A DNA stretch of 64,000 nucleotides from Treponemataceae bacterium (GTDB taxonomy: Bacteria > Spirochaetota > Spirochaetia > Treponematales > Rectinemataceae): contig CAXXVZ010000004.1 of NCBI GenBank assembly GCA_963678065.2, forward strand, positions 96,001 through 160,000, in the 5' to 3' direction. The translations under genes were made by a program, and so were the position numbers. The notes below the pieces were generated by a model. It ran no database searches. It was not told the DNA's origin and was given only the letters and a program-made list of their open reading frames with translations. Positions 45,789 to 55,076 of this stretch are shown one piece after another. Every line of letters starts with the position of its first letter. Positions within the stretch are counted from its first letter, which is position 1.

Positions 45789-46952
45789 TTATAGTGCAGC
45801 GGGGTGACGCGGGGAAGTGAATTCCCGATCCCAGATCACGATGTCTGCCTGCATTCCAGGCTCGAGTCTCCCGCGTAGACTTCCCAGGCCGACGACGCGG
45901 GCGGGGGTGGATGTCAGGGCGAGGACGGAGGCCCACAGGGGAGCGCCGGTCGCGTCGAGCCAGGATCGGAGGATCTGGGGACCCAGCTTGTTGGAGCCCA
46001 TGAGGGTGTCTGTCTTCTCGTATCGGACACCTTTGGCAGCCGAGACGACTGTGTGCCCGAAATACTGGTAGGTGCCGAAGGGCAACCCCGCGGCCACGAC
46101 GGCGTCCGAGGTCAGCACGAGCCGCTCCGGGTCGATGCCTGCGGCGACGAGGCGCATGCATTCACGGTTGACGTGGATGGAGTCCGCGTTGAGTTCGACG
46201 GTGGAGCGCGTTTCCGAGAAAGCGAGGTTGGCGAGGCCGGCGTCCTTGTGGGAGATGCCCGACATGGCGTTGAACAGGTGGGTGATGGAGTAATCCCCAG
46301 GCGGCAGAGAACAGGTCGAAGGATCGCAGTCGGAGTGTCCGAGCGAGATCCTGACGCCCGCCTCTTCCAGGATGGGATAGATGTCTTTGACCCCGGGCAA
46401 TTCGGGCGCGACGGTCATGATCCGCAACTTTCCTCTCGTGATCGAGAGGATCTGCCTGAGGTAGCCGGCATCGACGGGGCGGATGAGATTTTCGGGGATT
46501 CCGCCGCGCCGTTTCGGGTTGACGAAGGGTCCCTCGATGTAGATTCCCGGAAGGACGCTTCCGGGAAGGCCCGATTCGTCGATCGCGTCGACGAGGGCGG
46601 AGAGCGCCCTCTCCTCGCACAGGAGGGTCGGGACGAAGGCCGTGACTCCCCGCGCGTACAGAAAATCGCGGACAGCCAGAATGTCGCTCCCGCCGCAGAC
46701 GGCGTCGAAGCCTATGCCTCCCGCGCCGTGAATGTGCATTTCCATGAAGCCAGGCGTCACGATCGCGCCGGCCGCGTCGATGCGCGGAAGACTGCCTGTC
46801 TTCGGCTCATCCGGCGCTCCGGCCTCGCCCGCCCACAGAATCCTGCCGTCGAGGACGACGAGGCGGCCGCCCTCCACTACCCTGTCGGGCAGGACGAGAG
46901 AGCCGCCCTCGATAACGTAGGATCGACCTTTGAAATAGGATTGACCTTTCAT
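45789..46952 (-). CDS. nagA: N-acetylglucosamine-6-phosphate deacetylase family amidohydrolase
   Basis: HIHG, IEGPF, APE, LGHS, THLFNAM, ADSIH, TSDA. Confidence 0.8.
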   Translation of the reverse strand: MKGQSYFKGRSYVIEGGSLVLPDRVVEGGRLVVLDGRILWAGEAGAPDEPKTGSLPRIDAAGAIVTPGFMEMHIHGAGGIGFDAVCGGSDILAVRDFLYARGVTAFVPTLLCEERALSALVDAIDESGLPGSVLPGIYIEGPFVNPKRRGGIPENLIRPVDAGYLRQILSITRGKLRIMTVAPELPGVKDIYPILEEAGVRISLGHSDCDPSTCSLPPGDYSITHLFNAMSGISHKDAGLANLAFSETRSTVELNADSIHVNRECMRLVAAGIDPERLVLTSDAVVAAGLPFGTYQYFGHTVVSAAKGVRYEKTDTLMGSNKLGPQILRSWLDATGAPLWASVLALTSTPARVVGLGSLRGRLEPGMQADIVIWDREFTSPRHPAAL

Positions 46953-49192
46953 TCCCCCAGTCTAGCCGCTTCGGCCGCCTTGCGGAATAGATCCGCCCAG
47001 GAAGAATCCGCGCAAAACCAGGCCGGGGGCCTTCCGAGAGGCGCGTCGACGACGACGTAGCCGCCCGCCGATTCCGTGACCTCGCCCGACCAGAGATGGA
47101 CCCAGTTCCCTTTGGGCAGCCAGGCTTTCCGGCTCGTTTCGCCTTCGCGGATGACGGGAGCGACGAGGAGGTCGGGGCCGAGGAGGTACTGGTCCTTCAG
47201 GTTCCAGCTCTCCTTTTCGTCGCCATGCTGGAGAAAGAGGGGGCGCATCACGGGGATGCCTTTCCCCGTGTTCTCGGCCTCGGCGGCCACGAGGTAGCCC
47301 TTGAGAGCGACGTGGAGGCGGACCATGGACGCGAGATGGGCGAGGGTTTCCGCGTCCGAATCGAACTGCCAGTTGTCCTTTGGGCGGTTTCCCTCGTGCG
47401 TGCGCATGAGGGTCGTGAAGGCGGCCTGTTCAGTCCAGCGCATGAAGAGTTCCTTCGTGCGCCTCATGCCGTAGAGGGTCGTGTAGCCGCCGATGTCGCT
47501 GTGGTGGATGCCGTGGCCGCACATCGCGAGCGAGAGGGCGGAGGTGATGACGGATGGCAGTCCGTCGTCCTCGGACCAGTCGACGTTCTGGTCGCCCGCC
47601 CACATGGATGGGCAGTAGTGCTGGCTGCCCGTGAAACCCGCGCGCATGAAAAAGAGGATCTCGTCGAGCTTCCCCGCCTCGACCACGGCCTCGTAGTTGC
47701 ATCTGGCCCAGAGCGCCGGCCAGAGATTGTGGGCGAGCTCGGCCTCCATGCCGGAATGAAGGACAGCGTCGGTGGGAAGGTACTCACCGAAGTCGGCCAT
47801 CCAGCCGCCGAGGCCGAAATCGATGAGGTTGCGCCTGATCACGCCCTTGTACCACTCGAAGGCAGCCCGGTTCGTGAAGTCGACTATCCCCGCGTCGAAC
47901 TCGCCGAAATCGACGAGATAATCGCCACCGGCCGCATTTTTCGCGAGGTAGCCCAGGCGGGACGCCTCTTCGAAGAGGCTCCAGCCCGAGCCGACATAGC
48001 AGTTGATGTAGCCGAGGAAGCGCGTTCCGGCCGCCCTGAGACGCGCGATCTTTGCGTCGAGCCCCGGATAGCGCTCGCTGTTCCAGACCCAATCCCAGCG
48101 CAGGCGTTGGCCGAAGCTCGTCATGTTGATGCCTTCCCAGTCCTGTACCCAGATTCCGGCGATCACGACGCCGGCCGCCCGGGCGGTCTCGGTTTTCCGC
48201 AGGCATGTCTCGGTTCCGCCCTGGATACCGAGTATGACGCCGTCGTGGGTCCAGTCAGGCGGCATCGGCTGGCGCCCGAAGAAGGAGGACAGGTCGCTCA
48301 CGAGACCGGTCATGGACTCCGATGAGCCGATGACGAGTTTTTCCGGCATGGCCCAGGCGTAGAGTTCGTGGACATCGGGCCGGGTGAAGTCGAACTCGGC
48401 GTAGGCTGTGGTCTCGAGGTGATACCAGAGTCCCGCGCTCGAGGCGAAGGTCGGCTGGGGGTAGAAGGTCCACCAGTAGTCCCCTCCGCAGCGGTCTTTC
48501 AGGTCCGCTTCGAAGGTGATGGCCGTCCTCTTGTTGCGGCCGACACCCTGCTCGCTCGTCCACAGGGGGAATTTTTTGCCGCGGAGGTTGAAAAAAGAGA
48601 ACTGCTCGCCGCAGCCGTAGACCTTGTCGTCTGCGGCCGCGGGGAGGGATATGCGGTAGCGGTTGGGAGCCCCGGTCCGCCCGGTTCCGACCCCGGCCTG
48701 GCCCGGGCGGGCGGCCTCAGCCTTTGCCGGCTCGCGGACACCGCGCCGGCCAGCCTCAGTCGAAGAAGACGCAGGCGCAAAGCGCATCTCGAGACGGCCT
48801 TCCGCCACGCCCAGGCTGATTCGTGTCGGGTAGAGGCCATTGCGGGAGAACAGAAGCTCGACACTGCCGGAGCCGAGCTCCACTCCGGCGTAGCCAACGG
48901 CGGCGCCACAGGCTGCTGCGGCTAGAGCGGCCCGCGCGTCGGCGGACTCCGTCGGCTTAAGTCTCCCTGGCGTGGAGCCAGCCGAGGGAAGGGGCGCCAG
49001 CTCCCAGTCGCCCAGGCCGACGAGCTCGTCGAGGTGCTCGGAAATCTCGAAATTGCCCCGGTACATGCTGAAATTGCCCTCGCCCCGGCCGACGGCCAGG
49101 AAAGGCCTATCCTGGCTGTGCCGCAGGACGACCTTGCCGTCCATGAGTATTTCAAAGCCCCGCCCGATAGCGTTCATCCGGATAGTGCCCAC
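46949..49192 (-). CDS. yihQ: GH31 sulfoquinovosidase
   Basis: GIQGG, WVQDW, TSFGQRLRWDW, WMADFGEYLP (nucleophile), WAGDQNVD (acid/base), SDIGGY, RTHEGNRP; matches YihQ including the Q/Q/R/W/Y sulfonate-binding set. Confidence 0.85.
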   Translation of the reverse strand: MGTIRMNAIGRGFEILMDGKVVLRHSQDRPFLAVGRGEGNFSMYRGNFEISEHLDELVGLGDWELAPLPSAGSTPGRLKPTESADARAALAAAACGAAVGYAGVELGSGSVELLFSRNGLYPTRISLGVAEGRLEMRFAPASSSTEAGRRGVREPAKAEAARPGQAGVGTGRTGAPNRYRISLPAAADDKVYGCGEQFSFFNLRGKKFPLWTSEQGVGRNKRTAITFEADLKDRCGGDYWWTFYPQPTFASSAGLWYHLETTAYAEFDFTRPDVHELYAWAMPEKLVIGSSESMTGLVSDLSSFFGRQPMPPDWTHDGVILGIQGGTETCLRKTETARAAGVVIAGIWVQDWEGINMTSFGQRLRWDWVWNSERYPGLDAKIARLRAAGTRFLGYINCYVGSGWSLFEEASRLGYLAKNAAGGDYLVDFGEFDAGIVDFTNRAAFEWYKGVIRRNLIDFGLGGWMADFGEYLPTDAVLHSGMEAELAHNLWPALWARCNYEAVVEAGKLDEILFFMRAGFTGSQHYCPSMWAGDQNVDWSEDDGLPSVITSALSLAMCGHGIHHSDIGGYTTLYGMRRTKELFMRWTEQAAFTTLMRTHEGNRPKDNWQFDSDAETLAHLASMVRLHVALKGYLVAAEAENTGKGIPVMRPLFLQHGDEKESWNLKDQYLLGPDLLVAPVIREGETSRKAWLPKGNWVHLWSGEVTESAGGYVVVDAPLGRPPAWFCADSSWADLFRKAAEAARLGE

Positions 49193-49222
49193 AGTGTGCC
49201 TCGCTGAAAGTGATGGCCGCCT

Positions 49223-50056
49223 CTAGCCTTTGACCCCGCCCGCCGAAATTCCGCGGATGAGGAACTTCTGCATCGAGACGGTGAATATGAAGACAGGCAG
49301 GAGCATGAGTGTGCCGGCAGCGCAGGCCTGGCCCCAGGTCAGGGTCTCGCCGCCGATGAGGCCGTTGATGGCTATCGGAGCTGTCTTGGCCTTGGTCCCG
49401 GTGAGGATGAGAGCGTAAAGGAACTCGTTCCAGCTGTTGATGAAGGCGAAAACCGCCGCGACGACGAGTCCGGGCGCGACCAGGGGAACGAAAATCCTGA
49501 AAAAGACGCCCATTCTCGTGCAGCCGTCGACCATGGCCGCCTCCTCGTAGCTCCGGTCCACCGCCGTGAAGAAAGGCAAGAGGAGCCAGATCACGTAGGG
49601 GACGTTGAAGCTTGTGTGCGCGAGGGAGATGCCGAAGAGCGTGTCCCTGATGCCCATGAACTTGAACATGAGGTAGAGGGCGATGACGAGGGATATCTGC
49701 GGCAGCATGCGGAAGACGAGGAAGCTGTAGGCGAGTCCGTTTCGCCAGCGGAAGCGGAAGCGCGCCACGCCGTAGGAGGCCATGGCGCCGACGAGGACGG
49801 AGAGGCCGGTCGAGAACAGGCCGACGATGATCGAGTTCTTCATGCCCAGGATGAAACCGGGGTTCTTGAAGATGAGCTCGTAGCTCCGGGTGGATATCTG
49901 GCTGAACCGGAAGGGCGCTCCCGAGAGGATGACGATATCTTTGCGGAAGCCGTTCACCAGGGTCAGGGCTATGGGATAGAGCTCGACCGCGAGGACGAGG
50001 AAGGCGACGATGGCTATGACGATGCTCGTGAGGGTCTTGCGGGTTCGCTTTTTCAT
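49223..50056 (-). CDS. Carbohydrate ABC transporter permease
   Basis: YEEAAMVDG, SWNEFLYA. Confidence 0.9.
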   Translation of the reverse strand: MKKRTRKTLTSIVIAIVAFLVLAVELYPIALTLVNGFRKDIVILSGAPFRFSQISTRSYELIFKNPGFILGMKNSIIVGLFSTGLSVLVGAMASYGVARFRFRWRNGLAYSFLVFRMLPQISLVIALYLMFKFMGIRDTLFGISLAHTSFNVPYVIWLLLPFFTAVDRSYEEAAMVDGCTRMGVFFRIFVPLVAPGLVVAAVFAFINSWNEFLYALILTGTKAKTAPIAINGLIGGETLTWGQACAAGTLMLLPVFIFTVSMQKFLIRGISAGGVKG

Positions 50057-50997
50057 CGTGTGCCCGCCTTTTCTTCAAGTGTGTCGAGGCTCATGTTTTT
50101 CCGCACCAGGGTGAGGGCGAATGCTATGGAGATCACGAGGAGGAAGATGGCCATGGCGCTCGCCATGCCGACCTTCTGGTAGCTGAAGGCCTGCCTGTGG
50201 GTGTAGAGAGAGAAGAGCAGCGTCGCGCTCCCCGGCCCTCCTTCCGTCATGACGTAGACCTCGCTGAACACGCGCAGCGCGTCGATGATCCTGAGGAGCA
50301 CCGCGGTGAGAATAGTCGGGGTCAGCATCGGAACGATGATGAGCCTGAGCTTTTTGAAGAAGGTCGCCCCGTCGATGTCGGCGGCCTCGATCATCTCGCC
50401 CGGGATGGCCGTGAGGCCGGCGTAGAGCATCATGAACATGAAGGGCCACATGCGCCAGATGTCCTGGACGATCATCGCGACGTAAGCCCACACGGGATCG
50501 CCGAGCCAGGTTATCTCGGGCGCCCCAAGGGTAAGGAGGAGCTTGTTGAGCGATCCGTAGCGCGGCTGGAGCATAAAGCGCCAGGTCATGCCCGAAAGGA
50601 TGGGCAGGAAGAACACGGGAAGGAGGAGAAGCGTCCGCACGACGCGGGCTCCGAAGAATTCCCTGTTGAGAAGGAGGGCAGCCGCGAATCCGAAGAGCAG
50701 CTCGACGGGAATGGCGATGAAGATGAATCCGAGCTGGAGCTTGAGGCTGTTCCAGAACTCAGGATCCTTGGACAGGGCAAGGTAGTTGCCCAGTCCCACG
50801 AATTTCCGCACACCGGCTCCTTCGGAGAGCGGCCAGTCGAAGCCGGACACGAAGAAGGAGAAGAGAATCGGGAAGATCAACACCGCAAAGACGATCACGA
50901 GCGCCGGGGCCAGGAAAAGGAAAGGCGCAGATTCCTGCGCCTTTCCACTCTGATCAGTCCCGGAGCCCGGCTTAGTACCCGGCCTTTTTGAGGACAT
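50053..50997 (-). CDS. Carbohydrate ABC transporter permease
   Basis: IEAADIDGA, MTEGGPG. Confidence 0.9.
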   Translation of the reverse strand: MSSKRPGTKPGSGTDQSGKAQESAPFLFLAPALVIVFAVLIFPILFSFFVSGFDWPLSEGAGVRKFVGLGNYLALSKDPEFWNSLKLQLGFIFIAIPVELLFGFAAALLLNREFFGARVVRTLLLLPVFFLPILSGMTWRFMLQPRYGSLNKLLLTLGAPEITWLGDPVWAYVAMIVQDIWRMWPFMFMMLYAGLTAIPGEMIEAADIDGATFFKKLRLIIVPMLTPTILTAVLLRIIDALRVFSEVYVMTEGGPGSATLLFSLYTHRQAFSYQKVGMASAMAIFLLVISIAFALTLVRKNMSLDTLEEKAGTR

Positions 50998-52252
50998 CGT
51001 TGGTCTCTTTCATGATGGCTTTCATCGCGACATCGGTGGGCATCTGTCCCGTGATTCCCTGAATCCAGTACTTCTTCACGATATCCTGAACCTGGGCGAC
51101 TTCCTTGAAGCGGGGGCGCTCGGCGGCGTACTTCATGGAATCGGCGATGGCGGCGAGCCAGGGCTTGGTCTTGGCAAACTTGGGATTCGCGAGGGAGTCG
51201 GTGCGCGCGGGGACGGTGTTCATCTCGACGAGGCGATCGGCGATTTCCTTGGAAGCCCACCAGTAGACGAACTCGGCGGCCGCAGCCTGGTTCTTGGAAG
51301 CCGTGGGAATGTTCACAGCCCAGGTTCCGCGGACGGCGAAGCGTCCGGCCGGCCCTGCGGGGGGAGCGGAGTAGATGATCTTGCCGGAGACGAGGGACTT
51401 GTCCGGATCTTCATAGGAGGAGATCTGGGCCGGCCAGATGAACTGGCTGAATACGCCCTTGGGATCGACGGAGAAGGCGGCCTGGCGCTCGACGTGGGCC
51501 ATGGTCTCGGCGCCCTTCGGGGATATGGCCATCAGCTTCTTGTAGAAATCCATGCCCTCGATGCCTTTCTTCTCGTCCACAACGAGAGCCGGTTTGCCGT
51601 TCTTGAACTTGATGAACTCGGTGCCGAAGGACTTCCACATGAAGACGGCTTCGCCGAAGACGCCGGCCGGTCCGCCGTTGAAGGGGCCGAAACCGGAGGC
51701 GATGCCCCTGTCGTTGAAGAAGGTGCCCATGTCGAGCATCTCCTTGAAGGTATCGGGAACGCGGAGGTCGTAGCCGTACTTGGCCTTGAAGTCCTTCTTG
51801 TACTGAGGATTCTCGATGAGGTCCTTGCGGGTCATCCAGACATAGAGATTGCCGTTGATCGGGAGGCCGATGAGCTTGCCATCCCACTCTGCCACGTCGA
51901 GCATGGCGGGGGTGACGGTGTTCGGGTCGACCTTCTTGAAGATCTTGCCCGGCCCCCACTGCTCGTAGGGAAGCATGAGTCCGGCGAATAGGGGGATGTT
52001 GCCCTCGTCGATGCAGACGAGATCGTAGTCCGTGGAGGTCTTGCTGACCGCGACCGAGGTCTTGGTGAAGACCTGTGGCGGCTGGAGAATCTCGAAATTC
52101 ACCTTGATTCCCGTCGCTTTTTCGAACTCGGGGATCATGGTCATGAGAGCGCGGGGATAGGCGTCGTCCCAGAACAACACGTTGATCGACTGGGCGGAAA
52201 TGCCCGCGACCAGCATGAGGGCGACGATGGCCGTCAGCAATGCCTTCTTCAT
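50972..52252 (-). CDS. Carbohydrate ABC transporter solute-binding protein
   Basis: Signal peptide MKKALLTAIVALMLVAGISA; FEKATGIKV, GKLIGLP, RKDL. Confidence 0.88.
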   Translation of the reverse strand: MKKALLTAIVALMLVAGISAQSINVLFWDDAYPRALMTMIPEFEKATGIKVNFEILQPPQVFTKTSVAVSKTSTDYDLVCIDEGNIPLFAGLMLPYEQWGPGKIFKKVDPNTVTPAMLDVAEWDGKLIGLPINGNLYVWMTRKDLIENPQYKKDFKAKYGYDLRVPDTFKEMLDMGTFFNDRGIASGFGPFNGGPAGVFGEAVFMWKSFGTEFIKFKNGKPALVVDEKKGIEGMDFYKKLMAISPKGAETMAHVERQAAFSVDPKGVFSQFIWPAQISSYEDPDKSLVSGKIIYSAPPAGPAGRFAVRGTWAVNIPTASKNQAAAAEFVYWWASKEIADRLVEMNTVPARTDSLANPKFAKTKPWLAAIADSMKYAAERPRFKEVAQVQDIVKKYWIQGITGQMPTDVAMKAIMKETNDVLKKAGY

Positions 52253-52387
52253 TGGAGCCTCCTCAGAAGTATATATTTTCCTTCTGAAAGTAAAGCACGC
52301 CCCCGGCGCATTGTCAACAAAAATCATTTCAGGAAGCCGCGATTCCATGCTTGACCCTACATGAGTTGCAAATATATCATCTTTTCT

Positions 52388-52480
52388 GTCGGGCTTGCTT
52401 CCGGCCCAGGATTCCTGATGCCGGGCTTCACCCCCGGCGAAAAACCCCAATGCCGGGCTTCACCCCGGCTAAAGCCCCAA
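52388..52480 (+). repeat. Tandem ~31-bp hairpin repeats in the tRNA-Leu leader
   Basis: tgccgggcttcacccccggcgaaaaaccccaa (52419-52450), tgccgggcttcaccccggctaaagccccaa (52451-52480), degenerate copy gtcgggcttgcttccggc from 52388. Confidence 0.85.
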
Positions 52481-52481
52481 T

Positions 52482-52567
52482 GCCGGGGTGGTGGAATTGG
52501 TAGACACCAGGGACTTAAAATCCCTTGCTGCGCGAGCGGCGTGCCGGTTCAAGCCCGGTCCCCGGCA
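52482..52567 (+). tRNA. tRNA-Leu(TAA)
   Basis: Acceptor stem GCCGGGG/CCCCGGC, anticodon arm AGGGA-CTTAAAA-TCCCT, long variable arm, GGTTCAAG. Confidence 0.96.
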
Positions 52568-52675
52568 CTATCTCAAAAGAGAATAGACGAGCCAACAAAA
52601 AACTGGCGCTTGTCCCTAGATCCGACTATGAGAAGACGACTATGAGAAAGCCGTCTCTCGGAAAGAAAAGGGGCT

Positions 52676-52760
52676 ATGCGCCGGTTCTACCTTCACAAGC
52701 GAGCGGGCATTTACTACGCCGAGCTCGTCGATCCCGAGACAGGAAACAAGCTCCCCGCCG
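52676..52760 (+). pseudogene. 5' stub of a phage-type integrase
   Basis: MRRFYLHKRAGIYYAELVDPETGNKLPA resembles N-termini of spirochaete tRNA-associated tyrosine integrases; lies right after tRNA-Leu and is truncated. Confidence 0.55.
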
Positions 52761-53188
52761 TGCTCGCCAAGGCCGACATCATGGCCTTCCCGATCTACCT
52801 GGCGAATTCCAAGCCCGCCCTCGTGGCGAACACGCGTAAGCCTATCCTGCTCGCGGGTACGACACCGCCCAGGTAGGCCTACGACAATGGCCTGATCCGC
52901 GCCGATATCACCGCAGGACTCGTGACCTTCTCGGGGGCCAACAAGAAGCGCGGGTCAGATTTTCGGATGAGGCAACGCCCCTTCCTATTAGTTTTCTGGT
53001 TGAGGCAACACGTAATACGTAAAACTTTTCTCTTCCCTTTCCAAGCTTATACCAGAGATAACCCTCCCCGAGGGCTTCATCTCCGATACGCTGACCGTCT
53101 CCCAGGATGGCCGCGTCACCGATGGCCGCGCCGGGCAGCTGTACAAGCAGCATGCGTAGGGTCTAGAGCACCCCGGCCTCCCGTCGGC

Positions 53189-53842
53189 TCACTCCCGCTC
53201 GTCAAGGTACGCGTAGAGGGTGTATTTCGAGATGCCGTAGAACTGCGCTACCTTATCGCCGGATTTCTTTATCAAGAAGGCACCTTTTTTGTCGAGGAAC
53301 TTCAAGCCGGATACCTTGTCTTCCTTCGACATCATGGCGACCGGTTTCCCCACGTATCGGATGGAATCCTGTATGAGGCTGTCGAGCAGGTCGTTGACGT
53401 CGTTGTTGAACAGTTCCTTTTCTTCCTTCCGTTCGGCGGAATCGAGCTGGGCGTTGATCCCGGCGACCGAAGCGATGGCCTTCTCGGCCATAATCAGGTC
53501 GGTTATATCGAGATTGATGCACAGCGCTCCGATTACGTTTCCCTTGGGGTCACGAATATAGATAGAGGTCGATCGCAGCATCCGGCCTCTGCTCGTCTGT
53601 GTCAGGTAATTGTACTTATCCCCTTCCGTATCCGTTCCCCGGAGGACCTCGAGGCCGAGGTTCGTCCCGCAATCCCCGACTCTCCGATTCGTGACATGGT
53701 TATTCTCGATCGCGACGATGCTATGTTCGTATGGCTTGTTCTTCAGGTCGTGGAGCACCACTTCGCAGGAGGGGCCGAACTGCGCGGCGAGTCCCCTCAC
53801 GAGGGACCGAAGGAATTTCTCTTCATCGTCAATCGATTTCAT
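53189..53842 (-). CDS. YheO-like PAS/HTH transcriptional regulator
   Basis: FGPSCEVVLHD, IENNHVTNRRVGD, LRSTS, GALCINLD, GAFLIK, ISKYTLYAYL. Confidence 0.9.
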   Translation of the reverse strand: MKSIDDEEKFLRSLVRGLAAQFGPSCEVVLHDLKNKPYEHSIVAIENNHVTNRRVGDCGTNLGLEVLRGTDTEGDKYNYLTQTSRGRMLRSTSIYIRDPKGNVIGALCINLDITDLIMAEKAIASVAGINAQLDSAERKEEKELFNNDVNDLLDSLIQDSIRYVGKPVAMMSKEDKVSGLKFLDKKGAFLIKKSGDKVAQFYGISKYTLYAYLDERE

Positions 53843-53900
53843 AGCGGCGTTATAGTATCCTTTGGAGAAGCCGATGGCAACATGGACAGTCTTCAGCCAT

Positions 53901-55061
53901 TCACGACGGGAGCAGGTCATCTGTCCTCGCACGAGAGTCCGTGCAGACCTTGCCGAGCACGCAGAAACGCGGCAGGAAGAACTTGTTTATCTCCAGCGCT
54001 CGTCCCATGCTGTCTTTCACCGTCGCCGCGCCCTCGGCCACCTCGAAGACCGTAAAGTTGGCCCTGACCCCGGCGCGCATCCAATCCTCCGCGTAGCCGC
54101 CCAAGCCGATGGCGGCGGCGGGGCGGGCTGTCGTGGCCTCCACCGTCTCGCGCAAGCCGAGCCCGAGCGAATGCAGCTTCGACATGGTCGTCGCGAGATC
54201 CCAGACAGGGCCGTCCACATCGTGTCCGTGGAGATCCGTGCTGATGATGTGAGGGACGAGGCCCAGATCGAGCGACTTGCGCGCGATGTCGAAGGAGAAA
54301 GAAGCCGCTCCGTGCCCCACGTCGAACAGGACACCCCTGTCGTAAGCCCTCCGCGCGGACTCGAGTGCCTTGGGTTCCTCTATGATGTTTCCGCCGTTCT
54401 TGCCGTTGAAGCAATGAGTCACGATGTCGCCAGGATCCAAGGCTTCGAGGACCTCTTCCACGAGGGGAGGCGGTTCCCCGATGTGGACCATGAGGGGCAG
54501 CTTCAGGATGCGCGCGACTTTCTTTCCCAGGAGCAGGGGTGTGATGCCCCACGATCCGGTGATGACATGGCTGGCCCTCACCTTGATGCCCTTGATGATC
54601 TCGGGATAGGCCCGCGCGACCTCGATGGTACGGTCGACGTCGACGCTCGCGATGCCGGTCAACTCGGATACCCGATTGCAGGCAACCAATCCGATCGATC
54701 CGATATTCAGGAAGGCGAATACGTCCTCCGGGCTCCGATCTGCGATGTACTCCTTGAAACCGAGGAAATTAGCCTCCCCCGACGAGCCGGCGTCCACCAG
54801 CGCGGTGACCCCGGTGGGAAGTCCCGCCCTGCGGGGGCTGATCGAGATATCGGTCGCGCCGTAGTATATATGCGTGTGTAGATCGAGCCACCCGGGAGAG
54901 ACGAAGGCGCCCTTCGCGTCGCGGACAGTCGCGGCCTCCGGGGCCTGAATTTCCGGCCCGGTTTCCTCGACCAATCCTGCCGGGCCCACCAGGATATTGA
55001 CTAACCTCCCCTTGGCCGGGCCTGTGACGGGGACGACGTTCTTAATCAACAGCGAAGACAT
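53901..55061 (-). CDS. Dihydroorotase-like amidohydrolase/deacetylase
   Basis: PGWLDLHTH, VDAGSSG, GIKVRAS, MVHIG, THCF, DVGHGAASF, ISTDLH. Confidence 0.85.
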   Translation of the reverse strand: MSSLLIKNVVPVTGPAKGRLVNILVGPAGLVEETGPEIQAPEAATVRDAKGAFVSPGWLDLHTHIYYGATDISISPRRAGLPTGVTALVDAGSSGEANFLGFKEYIADRSPEDVFAFLNIGSIGLVACNRVSELTGIASVDVDRTIEVARAYPEIIKGIKVRASHVITGSWGITPLLLGKKVARILKLPLMVHIGEPPPLVEEVLEALDPGDIVTHCFNGKNGGNIIEEPKALESARRAYDRGVLFDVGHGAASFSFDIARKSLDLGLVPHIISTDLHGHDVDGPVWDLATTMSKLHSLGLGLRETVEATTARPAAAIGLGGYAEDWMRAGVRANFTVFEVAEGAATVKDSMGRALEINKFFLPRFCVLGKVCTDSRARTDDLLPS

Positions 55062-55076
55062 GGTGACTCCTTCGAT

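Noticed and set aside
52388..52480. Possible CRISPR array
   Set aside because: Units are directly adjacent with no unique spacers, and there are no cas genes in the window.
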